Shown: positions 28,888 to 38,220 of the stretch, piece after piece | Position numbering within the stretch: the first letter of the stretch is position 1 | Layout of the letters: each line of letters starts with the position of its first letter | NCBI GenBank assembly: GCA_045586685.1 | Contig: JAZNAU010000009.1 | Span: 38,635-102,634, forward strand | Direction: 5' to 3' | DNA from: Clostridia bacterium | GTDB lineage: Bacteria; Bacillota; Clostridia; HGM11514 | DNA: 64,000 bases | Program-made: the position numbers and the translations under genes | The notes under the pieces: model-generated | What the model saw: only the letters and a program-made list of their open reading frames with translations | Told to the model about the DNA's origin: nothing | Databases searched by the model: none

Positions 28888-29260
28888 ATCCCCCCGTACA
28901 ACGGGGGGTATTTCATTTTCGGGCATAGCCCTATCCTCTACTGGCTACGCACAAGTGTGTTTTTTTGTTGGCTTGCCCAACCATGGAATTGCTACTTGTT
29001 CCCCATAAATGGGCTGTACGGCTCTATCAAGGGGTCCAGGGGCGAAGCCCCTGTGTCGTTTTAAGGGGTGCGGGGGAAATCGAAATCCCCCGCGTTTTTG
29101 CTACTTTTGTCGCACAAAAGTAGGCCCGCCCGGCAGGGCATACAAAACAAAAAGTCTGAACAACACCTCCCTGTTTTGTACACTGAAAAACAAAAGTAAA
29201 TTTCTCGTTTTGATGAATTACTTATATTCTTTACATCTATTCTGTTTCATTTTTGTTTAT
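28888..29260. mobile_element. Non-autonomous palindromic element, copy A (IS200-end-like plus REP-like hairpins)
   Basis: Near-identical to 56788-57110 and 63863-64000; multiple stems such as CCCCCCGT-aca-ACGGGGGG and CTACTTTTGT..ACAAAAGTAG. Confidence 0.8.
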
Positions 29261-29278
29261 GGAAACAGGCTGATTCCG

Positions 29279-29689
29279 CTACGGAATCAGCCTGTCGCTT
29301 TCAATCAATAAAATTCTCTCAATAGGAATCTCTGTTTCATCCTCCATCACAATCAACCCTTCAAATTGCAAGAGCTTCTTTACGTTTCCCGAAAAAGTCT
29401 GGTATGCACCACCCGGCTTTTTTTCATCGGGTACAAAATAGGTGATGGTCACCTGCGGTTTTTCATCAAGGTGCTCCTGCAAATAAAGAAGCTTTCTGTT
29501 AAGCTCTTCCAGTTCATAGTCGTCTAACTCCACATACCCCTCTGTCAGTCTGGCAGTTTCTTTTACCGCCTCATCATGACCGGTCAGAGCGGCAAATGGA
29601 GCAAATTGAGCCGCACGGTCCGATACAGACATCCTTTTTCTGGTTTTAGATTGATGATGGGGTAAATGAATAATATCATCGTATTCCAT
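29279..29689 (-). CDS. YolD-like protein
   Basis: YDDIIHLPHH and RAAQFAPFAALTG motifs; directly downstream of a Y-family polymerase. Confidence 0.85.
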   Translation of the reverse strand: MEYDDIIHLPHHQSKTRKRMSVSDRAAQFAPFAALTGHDEAVKETARLTEGYVELDDYELEELNRKLLYLQEHLDEKPQVTITYFVPDEKKPGGAYQTFSGNVKKLLQFEGLIVMEDETEIPIERILLIESDRLIP

Positions 29690-29698
29690 AGCGTCCTC

Positions 29699-31201
29699 CT
29701 ATGCCTTATGCCCACCAATTTGTTTGTTTCGATCTACGGTAGTTGCACCCTCCTGAAGATTGGTCCCCTTCAGAACAGCATTTTTCCCAAACCTTTTCTT
29801 CAGTTCTATGGTGGTTTCCTGTATCTTCCGTTCTTTCAAAAGTTGTATTTCCTGCTGTTTTCGTTGTTTTTCCAATTCATCATAATCAGTAAATAAATCA
29901 AACTGTTCTACCGCCCTTTGAACGGTCAGCTCCTCGGATACAACGTGATTTGCTACCAAATTGACCCGTCTTACCAGCAATTTTGAATCCACAATACGAT
30001 CAAACAGTTCCATGACCGCCTCCATAATCAGCATGGTAGAAGAGGTCTGTTTTTCAAGATTCACACTTCCGTGAGCATGCTTTGGAATTTTTCTCCCATA
30101 ATGGTCGGTCACCACTTCTCCCTGATAATATTGGCTGATTTCTGGATTGGTCAGATTTTCAATATCGTAGCCTACCGTCAGAACCATCTGATCGGTTACC
30201 ACTCTTTTTTCTACCAAATCCAAAACGAGCAGTTCGGTCATTTCCCGAACAATCAGCTTTGCTTTTTCGAACTCATAGGGACAATGAAGCACCTGCCCTG
30301 CCCCTATGCTTTTATTTTCCGGCCGATAGGACTTTACATCCGCAATGGTGCAAGGCTCCCAGCCCCAAGCATGATCAATCAAAAGCTCTGCATTGATACC
30401 AAACAGCTTATAAAGCTTATTTTCTCCATAAGAGGAAAGAGAACATCTTGCAATATCGCCCATGGTAGTAAGCCGATTTGCTTCAAGCTTTTTGGCATAG
30501 CCCTTCCCTATTCGCCAAAAATCCGTCAAAGGACGATGATTCCAGAGTTGTTTGCGATAAGACATTTCATCCAGCTCTGCAATTCTTACGCCGTCGCTAT
30601 CCGCCTCAATCCGTTTAGCCATAATATCCATGGCAATTTTTGCAAGATACATATTTGTTCCAATGCCTGCCGTGGCAGTAATTCCCGTGGTTTTCAGCAC
30701 GTCGCAAATGATTGTCATTGCCAGTTCGCGAGCCGTCATCTTATACGCACTCAAATAATTGGTAATATCCATAAACACTTCATCAATAGAATACACATGA
30801 ATATCCTCAGGAGCAATGTATTTAAGATAAATATGATAAATGCGGGTGCTCCACTCCATATAAAGTGCCATTCTTGGCGGTGCGATATGATAAGACATTT
30901 TCCAATCGGGATGCTCTGTTAACTCTTTAAAATCAGCAGATTCTCCTGAAAAGTGTTTTTTCGGTATTTTTCTTCTTCGTTCTTCATTGATGTTCTTTAC
31001 TGTTTGCACCACCTCAAACAATCTTGCTCTCCCTGATATCCCAAAGGATTTTAACGAAGGAGTGACTGCAAGGCAAATGGTTTTCTCGGTTCTGGAAATA
31101 TCCGCAACCACCAGATTGGTGGTCATGGGATCAAGCCCCCGTTCCATACATTCCACAGAGGCATAAAAACTTTTTAAATCAATACATAAATAATGACTCA
31201 T
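29699..31201 (-). CDS. Y-family (UmuC/UvrX-like) error-prone DNA polymerase
   Basis: CIDLKSFYASVE, YSIDEVF, AGIGTNMYLAK and C-terminal RNKQIGGHKA motifs. Confidence 0.9.
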   Translation of the reverse strand: MSHYLCIDLKSFYASVECMERGLDPMTTNLVVADISRTEKTICLAVTPSLKSFGISGRARLFEVVQTVKNINEERRRKIPKKHFSGESADFKELTEHPDWKMSYHIAPPRMALYMEWSTRIYHIYLKYIAPEDIHVYSIDEVFMDITNYLSAYKMTARELAMTIICDVLKTTGITATAGIGTNMYLAKIAMDIMAKRIEADSDGVRIAELDEMSYRKQLWNHRPLTDFWRIGKGYAKKLEANRLTTMGDIARCSLSSYGENKLYKLFGINAELLIDHAWGWEPCTIADVKSYRPENKSIGAGQVLHCPYEFEKAKLIVREMTELLVLDLVEKRVVTDQMVLTVGYDIENLTNPEISQYYQGEVVTDHYGRKIPKHAHGSVNLEKQTSSTMLIMEAVMELFDRIVDSKLLVRRVNLVANHVVSEELTVQRAVEQFDLFTDYDELEKQRKQQEIQLLKERKIQETTIELKKRFGKNAVLKGTNLQEGATTVDRNKQIGGHKA

Positions 31202-31248
31202 TCCTTCTCCTAAATAAAGTTGGTAGAAATTCTCGGTTTCTTTTTCAT

Positions 31249-31290
31249 GAAAGAAAGTTCAATTATATCAGACACAAGAAAAAATGTCAA
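31249..31290 (-). promoter_or_regulatory. Sigma-A promoter with adjacent LexA(Cheo)-like box
   Basis: TTGACA-17-TATAAT (31290-31262) followed by GAAC-TTTC-TTTC, one mismatch from GAAC-N4-GTTC. Confidence 0.6.
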
Positions 31291-31336
31291 CGAATCATCA
31301 AACGTCCCGGAAGTACCATCCGATTCCACTCAAACA

Positions 31337-32680
31337 TCACAGTTTTTTGGTCCCTTTTGCCAAGGTTTGCTTTAAAGCAGACTCCTTTGGAATTCCCGCC
31401 AGCCTCAGTTTATGAGCATAGCGTAATAGTTCTGAAAAACTCTCTCCCGGTGTCAAACCGTTCTGTATCAAATCCTGTCCTGTTACATAAGGTCTTTTCA
31501 TATATTCTTCAAAAACTCTCAGCCGTTCCCACAAAAAAGCTTCTGTATTCTCACAGTCTGCACGGGGAATTTTCCCCAAGCTGTCACAAACAGCAAGATG
31601 AATCAAGTCAATCGGCTCCTTGGCGCTGTCAAACAGTTTATTGGTTGCCTTTACCGAAGATGAAGCACCTGCCATAACATTAGGCTTCATATGAAGCTCA
31701 GACATATTCAGCACATATTGAATCAATGCCCTTTCCTTTGTCAGTCTTTTCATAAAAGCATGAATCATCGGCAATCCAGCCCTTTCATGCTGATAGGCAT
31801 GAAATTCACCATTTTTCAATTCTGTGCAAATCACTTTTCCAAAATCGTGAACCAAGGCAGTCAGCATAAAGCCCAAAGGATCGTTTACCCTTGACCTTCG
31901 TTTTGCCGCCTCATCCAGGACCATCATGCTGTGAGTCCACACATCTCCTTCTGCATGATGCTTTCTGTTTTGCTCGATTCCGACTAATTGTTCCGCCTCA
32001 GGAAACCAGTCTTTTACCTGATTCATTTTCCTTAAGGTTTCAAAAAACAAAGAAGGTTTTTCCGCCTTCAAAAGTGCTTTCTCCATTTCTCCAAACACCC
32101 GTTCAGCGGAAAGCGGTTTGACATCAATATGACGACACAACTCAATCGTTTCATCCGCAACAGTAAATTGAAACCGAGCTGCAAATTGAGCACAACGAAA
32201 TACACGGAGGGGGTCCTCGCTGAAGGCATGGTCATTTACATGGCGGATGATTCCGTGTTCTAAATCCTCTATCCCGTTAAAATGATCCAGTATTTCTCCT
32301 GTCATCACATCCATCATTAACGAATTGATTGTAAAATCCCTTCGGCATGCTGCCTTCTTTGTCCCAATAAACGGGTCAACATAAATCGTAAAATCACGGT
32401 GTCCCATCCCTGTTGCCCGTTCCTGACGGGGCATGGCAATATCAAGAGAACATCCCTTTAAATGGTAAATTCCAAAGCTTTTTCCTATTTCAATGGAATT
32501 GCCAACCGATTCCAGAATTTCCTCCAACTCCTGGCTAGTAATACCATGAATCTCAATATCTACATCTTTATTTTCAATATTCAGCAGCCGATCCCGTACA
32601 TACCCGCCTACATAATAAGCATTTCCTCCCTTAAGGGAAACAGCTTTTGCAATCTGTTTGGCATATTCGATTGTTGTCAT
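31337..32680 (-). CDS. Class II tRNA nucleotidyltransferase with HD domain
   Basis: VGGYVRD..DVD, RRDFTIN, EDPLR, HAEGDVWTH and VHDFGK motifs. Confidence 0.88.
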   Translation of the reverse strand: MTTIEYAKQIAKAVSLKGGNAYYVGGYVRDRLLNIENKDVDIEIHGITSQELEEILESVGNSIEIGKSFGIYHLKGCSLDIAMPRQERATGMGHRDFTIYVDPFIGTKKAACRRDFTINSLMMDVMTGEILDHFNGIEDLEHGIIRHVNDHAFSEDPLRVFRCAQFAARFQFTVADETIELCRHIDVKPLSAERVFGEMEKALLKAEKPSLFFETLRKMNQVKDWFPEAEQLVGIEQNRKHHAEGDVWTHSMMVLDEAAKRRSRVNDPLGFMLTALVHDFGKVICTELKNGEFHAYQHERAGLPMIHAFMKRLTKERALIQYVLNMSELHMKPNVMAGASSSVKATNKLFDSAKEPIDLIHLAVCDSLGKIPRADCENTEAFLWERLRVFEEYMKRPYVTGQDLIQNGLTPGESFSELLRYAHKLRLAGIPKESALKQTLAKGTKKL

Positions 32681-32805
32681 CCTTTTGTATCACCTACTCA
32701 AAAACACATTTTTTGTTTCGGCTTTTTCCCATTTTATTTTCCCCAATAAAAAATAAGGAATACCAAAGCTTGAAAAAAATTGCCTGAAAACTTGGATGTT
32801 TCAGG

Positions 32806-33465
32806 CTAAAATAATTGCAGTAATTCAGAAGGATGAGAAATAATCAGGTCAGCACCGTTTTCAATCAATTCCTCCCGTTTTCGAAAGCCCCACAAAACGC
32901 CCACTGTGTAAGCACCCAAGGCTTTTCCTGTTTTCATATCAACTCCCGTATCCCCTACATATACCGTTTCCTCAGGTAAAATACCAAATTCCTTTAGTAC
33001 ATTTAAAGCTCCTGTGGGATCGGGTTTGATAGGAAGCCCCTCCTGTTGACCGCAACAACTGTCAAATAATTGATTCCCAAACAGTTTTTCCGTACAAAGT
33101 AATGCAGTAGTGTGAGGCTTGTTGGTAACAATCCCCAGCTTAATGCCCTGTTCTTTAAGTTGCGTTAAAAGTGGCATCATACCGTCGTAAACCTTTGACA
33201 AGTAGACAGGATTTTCATTATAAAATTTACGAAATACCGTAATTGCTTTTTGAAAGGTTTCATCATCATCACGATGATGAAGCGCCAAAAGACGATGAAC
33301 CAGAATGTCTGCTCCGTTCCCTACCAAATATTTATATTCATTTTCATCCTCCGGTGCCTTTAAACCCACTGTATCCAATGCATTTTTGGAGCAATAGGAA
33401 AGATCCGCAAGGGTATCCACCAAGGTTCCGTCAAAATCAAATAATGTTGCTTTATACATTTTCAC
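32806..33465 (-). CDS. HAD-family phosphatase (Gph-like)
   Basis: FDFDGTL, TNK, KPDP and VGDTGVD motifs. Confidence 0.88.
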   Translation of the reverse strand: MKMYKATLFDFDGTLVDTLADLSYCSKNALDTVGLKAPEDENEYKYLVGNGADILVHRLLALHHRDDDETFQKAITVFRKFYNENPVYLSKVYDGMMPLLTQLKEQGIKLGIVTNKPHTTALLCTEKLFGNQLFDSCCGQQEGLPIKPDPTGALNVLKEFGILPEETVYVGDTGVDMKTGKALGAYTVGVLWGFRKREELIENGADLIISHPSELLQLF

Positions 33466-33614
33466 TCATCCTTTTTCATAATGATTAACGATAGTATTAT
33501 ATCAGAAACAGAATAGAAAGTCAATAAAAGGACATTTGATACAATATTTTTCTTGTATTCTGTCGAAATTTGTGATACAATTTACATAACAAGAAAAAAG
33601 TGAGGGTATTTATA

Positions 33615-34463
33615 ATGAGAGAAGGAAGAAGAATCAAAAGCAGTATTCCAATGGATATGGTTTCGCCCTTCATCATGCCAACCCGTGTTGGGGCATCCAA
33701 CATTTTTTCCGGAACAATAGAGATAGAAAACTGTGAAAAACTGATTCGTCAAAAAAGAGCCGAGGGCATGACCGGATTGGGAATGATTCATTTGTTTATG
33801 ACCGCATATGTACGGGTTGTTTCACAACATCCGGGGATCAATCGTTTTATTCGGGGGCAGAGATTATATGCAAGAAACGGAATTGAAATTTGCATGGCAA
33901 TAAAAAAAGAAATGAAATTAAATGCACCGGAAACGGTCATCAAGCTGTATGCTTCCCCTGAAGATTCATTAACTTCTATCTATCAGCAATTAACGCAGGA
34001 AATTGCAGAAAACAAGCAATCCGGTGATCGAAATAACATGGATACTGTTGCAAGAATCCTTGTCAGTCTCCCTGGTATCTTTTTAAAATTTACTGTTTGG
34101 TTTTTAAAGCTTTTGGATTATTTTGGATTACTGCCCCGTTTTCTTACAAAGCTTAGTCCTTTTCATGGATCATTATTTATTACCAATATAGGTTCTTTAG
34201 GGATGCAACCCATTTTTCATCATCTTTATAATTTTGGTAATTTACCTCTGTTTATTTCCATGGGAAAAAAACGGACAGAATACGTGCTAAACAAAGATGG
34301 AATTGCTGAAAAACGCCGTGTATTGGATTTCACATTTGTCTGCGATGAACGGATTTGTGACGGGCATTATTACGCCACTGCCTTCAAACAATTAAAAAGA
34401 ATTTTAGAACATCCCGAGCAACTTCTCCTTTCTCCCGAATCTGTGGTTGAAGATATTCAATAA
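33615..34463 (+). CDS. Stand-alone 2-oxoacid dehydrogenase E2-like acyltransferase-fold protein
   Basis: FITNIGSLG and DERICDG motifs; no lipoyl domain. Confidence 0.75.
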   Translation: MREGRRIKSSIPMDMVSPFIMPTRVGASNIFSGTIEIENCEKLIRQKRAEGMTGLGMIHLFMTAYVRVVSQHPGINRFIRGQRLYARNGIEICMAIKKEMKLNAPETVIKLYASPEDSLTSIYQQLTQEIAENKQSGDRNNMDTVARILVSLPGIFLKFTVWFLKLLDYFGLLPRFLTKLSPFHGSLFITNIGSLGMQPIFHHLYNFGNLPLFISMGKKRTEYVLNKDGIAEKRRVLDFTFVCDERICDGHYYATAFKQLKRILEHPEQLLLSPESVVEDIQ

Positions 34464-34513
34464 ACTATCATGAACATCTCAAAAAAATAAGTGTTACGTA
34501 TGAAAAGACACGA

Positions 34514-34819
34514 AACTTCTTCCTTATTCACAATTACTTATTACTTTTCAAAAATCCACAAGTCTTTTTAGGGAAACGTGAATAGCTCATAAAAAAAGAA
34601 CACCTGACAGTGTTCTTTTTAGTTTTTCAAAGCAGAACAATATAGATACATAAAAAAACAAACTCGCAAAAGCAAGTTTGCACCTAACTTCTTCCTTATT
34701 CGCTATTACCTATTACTTTCCAAAAATAGACAAGGACGATTTTTAGGGAATAGTGAATAGTGAAGAGTGAATAGGTAAAAAGTAAAATCGACAAGACTCT
34801 GGCGAATCTTGTCGATTTT
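34514..34819. repeat. Two ~75-90-nt heptamer-repeat units interleaved with hairpins downstream of tRNA-fMet
   Basis: AACTTCTTCCTTATTC...TTTTAGGGAA..GTGAATAG present at 34514 and 34686. Confidence 0.75.
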
Positions 34820-34896
<77 letters not shown>

Positions 34897-34976
34897 ATAT
34901 TCAGTTGCTATTTTTCTGACAGCTATATTATTATAACACAAAAAAAGATGTTTGTAAACCCCTTTTTTAAAAAAAT

Positions 34977-35549
34977 TCAATTTATTTTTTTTGATGCTTT
35001 GTCTGCATAAAGCATTTCATCCGCTTTTAAAAAAGCTTCTTGAAAGCCTTCTCTATTGTCAATCATAGAATATCCCTTTGAAAACCGCAATTTTCCCTGT
35101 TCATTTTCACATTGACGAACCTCCAAAAGCTTATCGATAATTTCCTGTTCTGAAATATTTTCTGTAATTACAGCAAACTCATCTCCTCCGATTCGATACA
35201 AACTGTATCCTTTTCCAGAAAATATGTCTTCGAACATAAAAGCAATCATCTGCAATACTCTATCTCCCGTCATATGTCCATACGCATCATTTATTTTTTT
35301 CAAATTATCAACATCAAACAAAATCAAACCATAATTTCCTTTTGCCTTCGTTTTCTCAATTTCTTTGATATGCAGGGTATAAGCGGTATAATTTTTTATT
35401 TTGGTCAAATTGTCAGTCATTGCCATATGATACCACTTCTTCACCTCCAATAATTGTATGTTTTCTTTACGCAATCTTTTTTCTCTATGTACCATAACAG
35501 ACAAAGTTGCGATTGCAATCAGTGCCATTATAAATAACAAATCCTTCAT
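34977..35549 (-). CDS. Membrane-anchored diguanylate cyclase (GGDEF)
   Basis: N-terminal TM; DVDNLKKINDAYGH and RIGGDEF motifs. Confidence 0.88.
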   Translation of the reverse strand: MKDLLFIMALIAIATLSVMVHREKRLRKENIQLLEVKKWYHMAMTDNLTKIKNYTAYTLHIKEIEKTKAKGNYGLILFDVDNLKKINDAYGHMTGDRVLQMIAFMFEDIFSGKGYSLYRIGGDEFAVITENISEQEIIDKLLEVRQCENEQGKLRFSKGYSMIDNREGFQEAFLKADEMLYADKASKKIN

Positions 35550-35590
35550 GTCGTTCCTCCTAATGTATAAATAAAAGTCTTCTTGTGTAT

Positions 35591-35636
35591 ATTATAGACG
35601 TTTTCTATCTAAAAGTCAATAGAAAGTTTGTGTCTA
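35591..35636. promoter_or_regulatory. Sigma-A promoter of the GGDEF gene with two TAGA-N9-TCTA operators
   Basis: Minus TTGACT-17-TATAAT (35619-35591); palindromes at 35595-35611 and 35620-35636. Confidence 0.6.
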
Positions 35637-35653
35637 TGGTAAATTAGATAGGG

Positions 35654-35887
35654 GTGATGGATCATATGAACTTAACAGTTGGTGAAAAAATTCGAAATTT
35701 GCGGGAAGAAAAGAATTTAACACAAGCCATGTTAGGAAAAGAACTGAATATGACACAAAGGAAAATTTCTTATATTGAGTTGGGAAAATACGAACCCGGC
35801 ATAGACGATATCAAAGCAATTTGTGTCTTTTTCCAAATATCAGCTGATTATCTTTTAAGTTTACCAAGTAATCTTATTTATCCATAA
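35654..35887 (+). CDS. XRE-family HTH regulator
   Basis: [12 protein letters not shown]...ISYIELG..EP...ISADYLL. Confidence 0.88.
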   Translation: MMDHMNLTVGEKIRNLREEKNLTQAMLGKELNMTQRKISYIELGKYEPGIDDIKAICVFFQISADYLLSLPSNLIYP

Positions 35888-36030
35888 TCATGTTGTTATT
35901 TCGGACACTGAACTCCTTCACAATGATTTTTAACAAGCTGAATCTCCAATTTTGCGGGGGTTCTTTTTTGGAATTTATTTCATTGACAAAAACTTGTTTT
36001 TATTGTACAATAAAAACAGGAGTGAGAGCC

Positions 36031-36630
36031 ATGAATTTTTTTGCGGCACCTGTTGCCAGATTGATTGAAGAATTTGAAAAATTACCCGGCATTGGCAGTA
36101 AAACTGCCCAACGGCTGGCTTATTATATGCTGAACATTCCCAAGGAATCTGCCCTGTCTTTTGCAGACGCCATTCAGGAGGCACGAGAGAAGGTGCATAC
36201 CTGTGCTGTTTGCCAGGATTTGACCGAGCATGAAAAGTGTCGGATATGCCAAAACCCAAAACGGGACCAAGGTACAATTTGTGTGGTGGAATCTCCAAAA
36301 GATGTGATTGCAATGGAGAGAACGAGAGAATATACAGGGGTTTATCATGTGCTACATGGTGCACTGTCCCCTATGGACGGCATCGGTCCTTCTGACATTC
36401 GAATAAAAGAACTGGTCACCCGCCTCGGCACAACGGATGTGACAGAAATCATTCTTGCCACCAACTCCACCGTTGAAGGAGAGGCTACTGCCATGTATCT
36501 GGCAAAATTATTAAAGCCCTTTCAGGTGAAAATTACACGGATTGCCCACGGGATTCCCATGGGCGGTGATTTGGAATATACAGATGAAATTACGTTGGCA
36601 AAAGCCCTGGAAGGACGGCGTGAATTATGA
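36031..36630 (+). CDS. recR: Recombination mediator RecR
   Basis: [13 protein letters not shown]4 zinc finger, Toprim, GGDLEYTD; ATG 36031 after AGGAG. Confidence 0.97.
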   Translation: MNFFAAPVARLIEEFEKLPGIGSKTAQRLAYYMLNIPKESALSFADAIQEAREKVHTCAVCQDLTEHEKCRICQNPKRDQGTICVVESPKDVIAMERTREYTGVYHVLHGALSPMDGIGPSDIRIKELVTRLGTTDVTEIILATNSTVEGEATAMYLAKLLKPFQVKITRIAHGIPMGGDLEYTDEITLAKALEGRREL

Positions 36631-38162
36631 TTGTAACATTAAGTTCCTGCGGTTTGATGGGAATTGACGGATATGAAGTGATTGTAGAAGTGGATATTTC
36701 ACGGGGTATCCCTTCCTTTGATGTAGTGGGACTGCCGGATGCGGCAGTAAAAGAGTCCCGCGAGCGTGTTCGTGCTGCCATTAAAAACGCTGGGTTAGAG
36801 CTTCCTTCCAGACGAATTACCGTCAACCTTGCTCCGGCAGATATAAAAAAAGAAGGGGCGGCATACGACCTGCCCATTGCCCTTGGAATCCTCCTTGCCA
36901 GCCAACAATTAACGGCTGAGCATCTGGAGGATTATGCTTTTGCGGGAGAACTATCCTTAAATGGCGATTTACGAGGAATTCACGGAGTCCTGTCTATGAC
37001 AGACTGTGCAAGACGGCACGGAAAAAAATATATGGTCGTCCCCAAAGAAAATGCCTTTGAGGCAGCAGTAACAGAAGGAATTACAGTATTTGCACCGGAC
37101 AATCTTGCCCAGCTCATGCTTCACTTGAACGGCACAAAGCCCTTGGAGCCTATGCTCTGCAACAATACAGAATATTTTCGTTCGGCACAGGAATCAGCAT
37201 TGGACTTTGCTGATGTAAAGGGGCAAAAAATTGCCAAGTACGCATTAGAGGTTGCAGCAGCAGGCGGTCACAACTGTCTGATGATCGGCCCTCCGGGATC
37301 GGGGAAAACCATGCTTGCCCAACGACTCCCTTCCATTTTACCCGATTTGACCTTGGAAGAAGCCCTGGAGGTAACCAAAATTCATTCTGTGGCAGGGGAA
37401 CTTCCCTACCACACCCCATTGATTACCGCCCGACCTTTTCGTCATCCCCACCATACATCCTCTGCTATTCGACTGGTAGGAGGAGGAACGGTGCCAAAAC
37501 CGGGAGAAATCAGTCTGGCACATCATGGTGTTCTGTTCTTAGACGAATTTCCCGAATTTGAACATCGGGCAATCGAGGTGATGCGCCAACCCTTGGAGGA
37601 CGGCTCGGTCACCATTTCAAGAGTGAACCAGTCGGTGACCTTTCCTTGTAACGCCATGCTCATTGCTTCCATGAATCCGTGCAAATGCGGTCACTTTCAG
37701 GACCCCAGACAGGAGTGTACCTGCACGAGTGCACAGGTAAAAAAATACATGTCAAAAATCAGCGGTCCTATGCTGGACAGAATTGATTTACATATTCGTG
37801 TTGCGGCAGTGCAATACGACGAGCTGCAGGAAAAGGAACAAGGAGAATCCTCAGCATCAATTCGGGAACGTGTGAATAAAGCACGTAGGATTCAGTTAGA
37901 GCGATATAAAAGCGACGGCATTTTCTCCAACTCTCAGCTGACTGCACCCATGATTACAAAATACTGTCCATTAGACCAACAGGGCTCTGTCCTTTTAAGC
38001 CAAGCATTTGATGCTTTGGGAATGAGTGCCAGAGGATACAGCAGAATTTTAAAGGTTGCCAGAACAGTTGCGGACTTACAGGGTTCTGAGCAAATCACTG
38101 CGGCTCATTTAAGTCAAGCGATTTCTTTTCGTTCCCTTGACCGTGAAATGACTCAATTTTAA
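36627..38162 (+). CDS. comM: YifB/ComM Mg-chelatase-like AAA ATPase
   Basis: [29 protein letters not shown] and LFLDE motifs. Confidence 0.92.
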   Translation: MIVTLSSCGLMGIDGYEVIVEVDISRGIPSFDVVGLPDAAVKESRERVRAAIKNAGLELPSRRITVNLAPADIKKEGAAYDLPIALGILLASQQLTAEHLEDYAFAGELSLNGDLRGIHGVLSMTDCARRHGKKYMVVPKENAFEAAVTEGITVFAPDNLAQLMLHLNGTKPLEPMLCNNTEYFRSAQESALDFADVKGQKIAKYALEVAAAGGHNCLMIGPPGSGKTMLAQRLPSILPDLTLEEALEVTKIHSVAGELPYHTPLITARPFRHPHHTSSAIRLVGGGTVPKPGEISLAHHGVLFLDEFPEFEHRAIEVMRQPLEDGSVTISRVNQSVTFPCNAMLIASMNPCKCGHFQDPRQECTCTSAQVKKYMSKISGPMLDRIDLHIRVAAVQYDELQEKEQGESSASIRERVNKARRIQLERYKSDGIFSNSQLTAPMITKYCPLDQQGSVLLSQAFDALGMSARGYSRILKVARTVADLQGSEQITAAHLSQAISFRSLDREMTQF

Positions 38163-38220
38163 AAACAAAACTTGTAATTCAAAAAGTTTGGAGTATACTA
38201 AAAAACAGAGGTGAACACTT

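Noticed and set aside
28801-29311. ORFs 28801-29064 and 29009-29311
   Set aside because: They run through the palindromic repeat and are not supported by RBS or motifs
30071-30922. 283-aa plus-strand ORF and other long antisense ORFs (e.g. 8414-8962, 15124-15642, 24238-24774, 50774-51358)
   Set aside because: Shadows of well-supported genes on the opposite strand with no protein-like motifs
35890-36030. N-terminal extensions given by the ORF track (recR; likewise relA, nth, NCS2 permease, xth, gerA)
   Set aside because: Downstream starts have good RBSs and match family N-termini; the extensions overlap promoters or neighbouring genes
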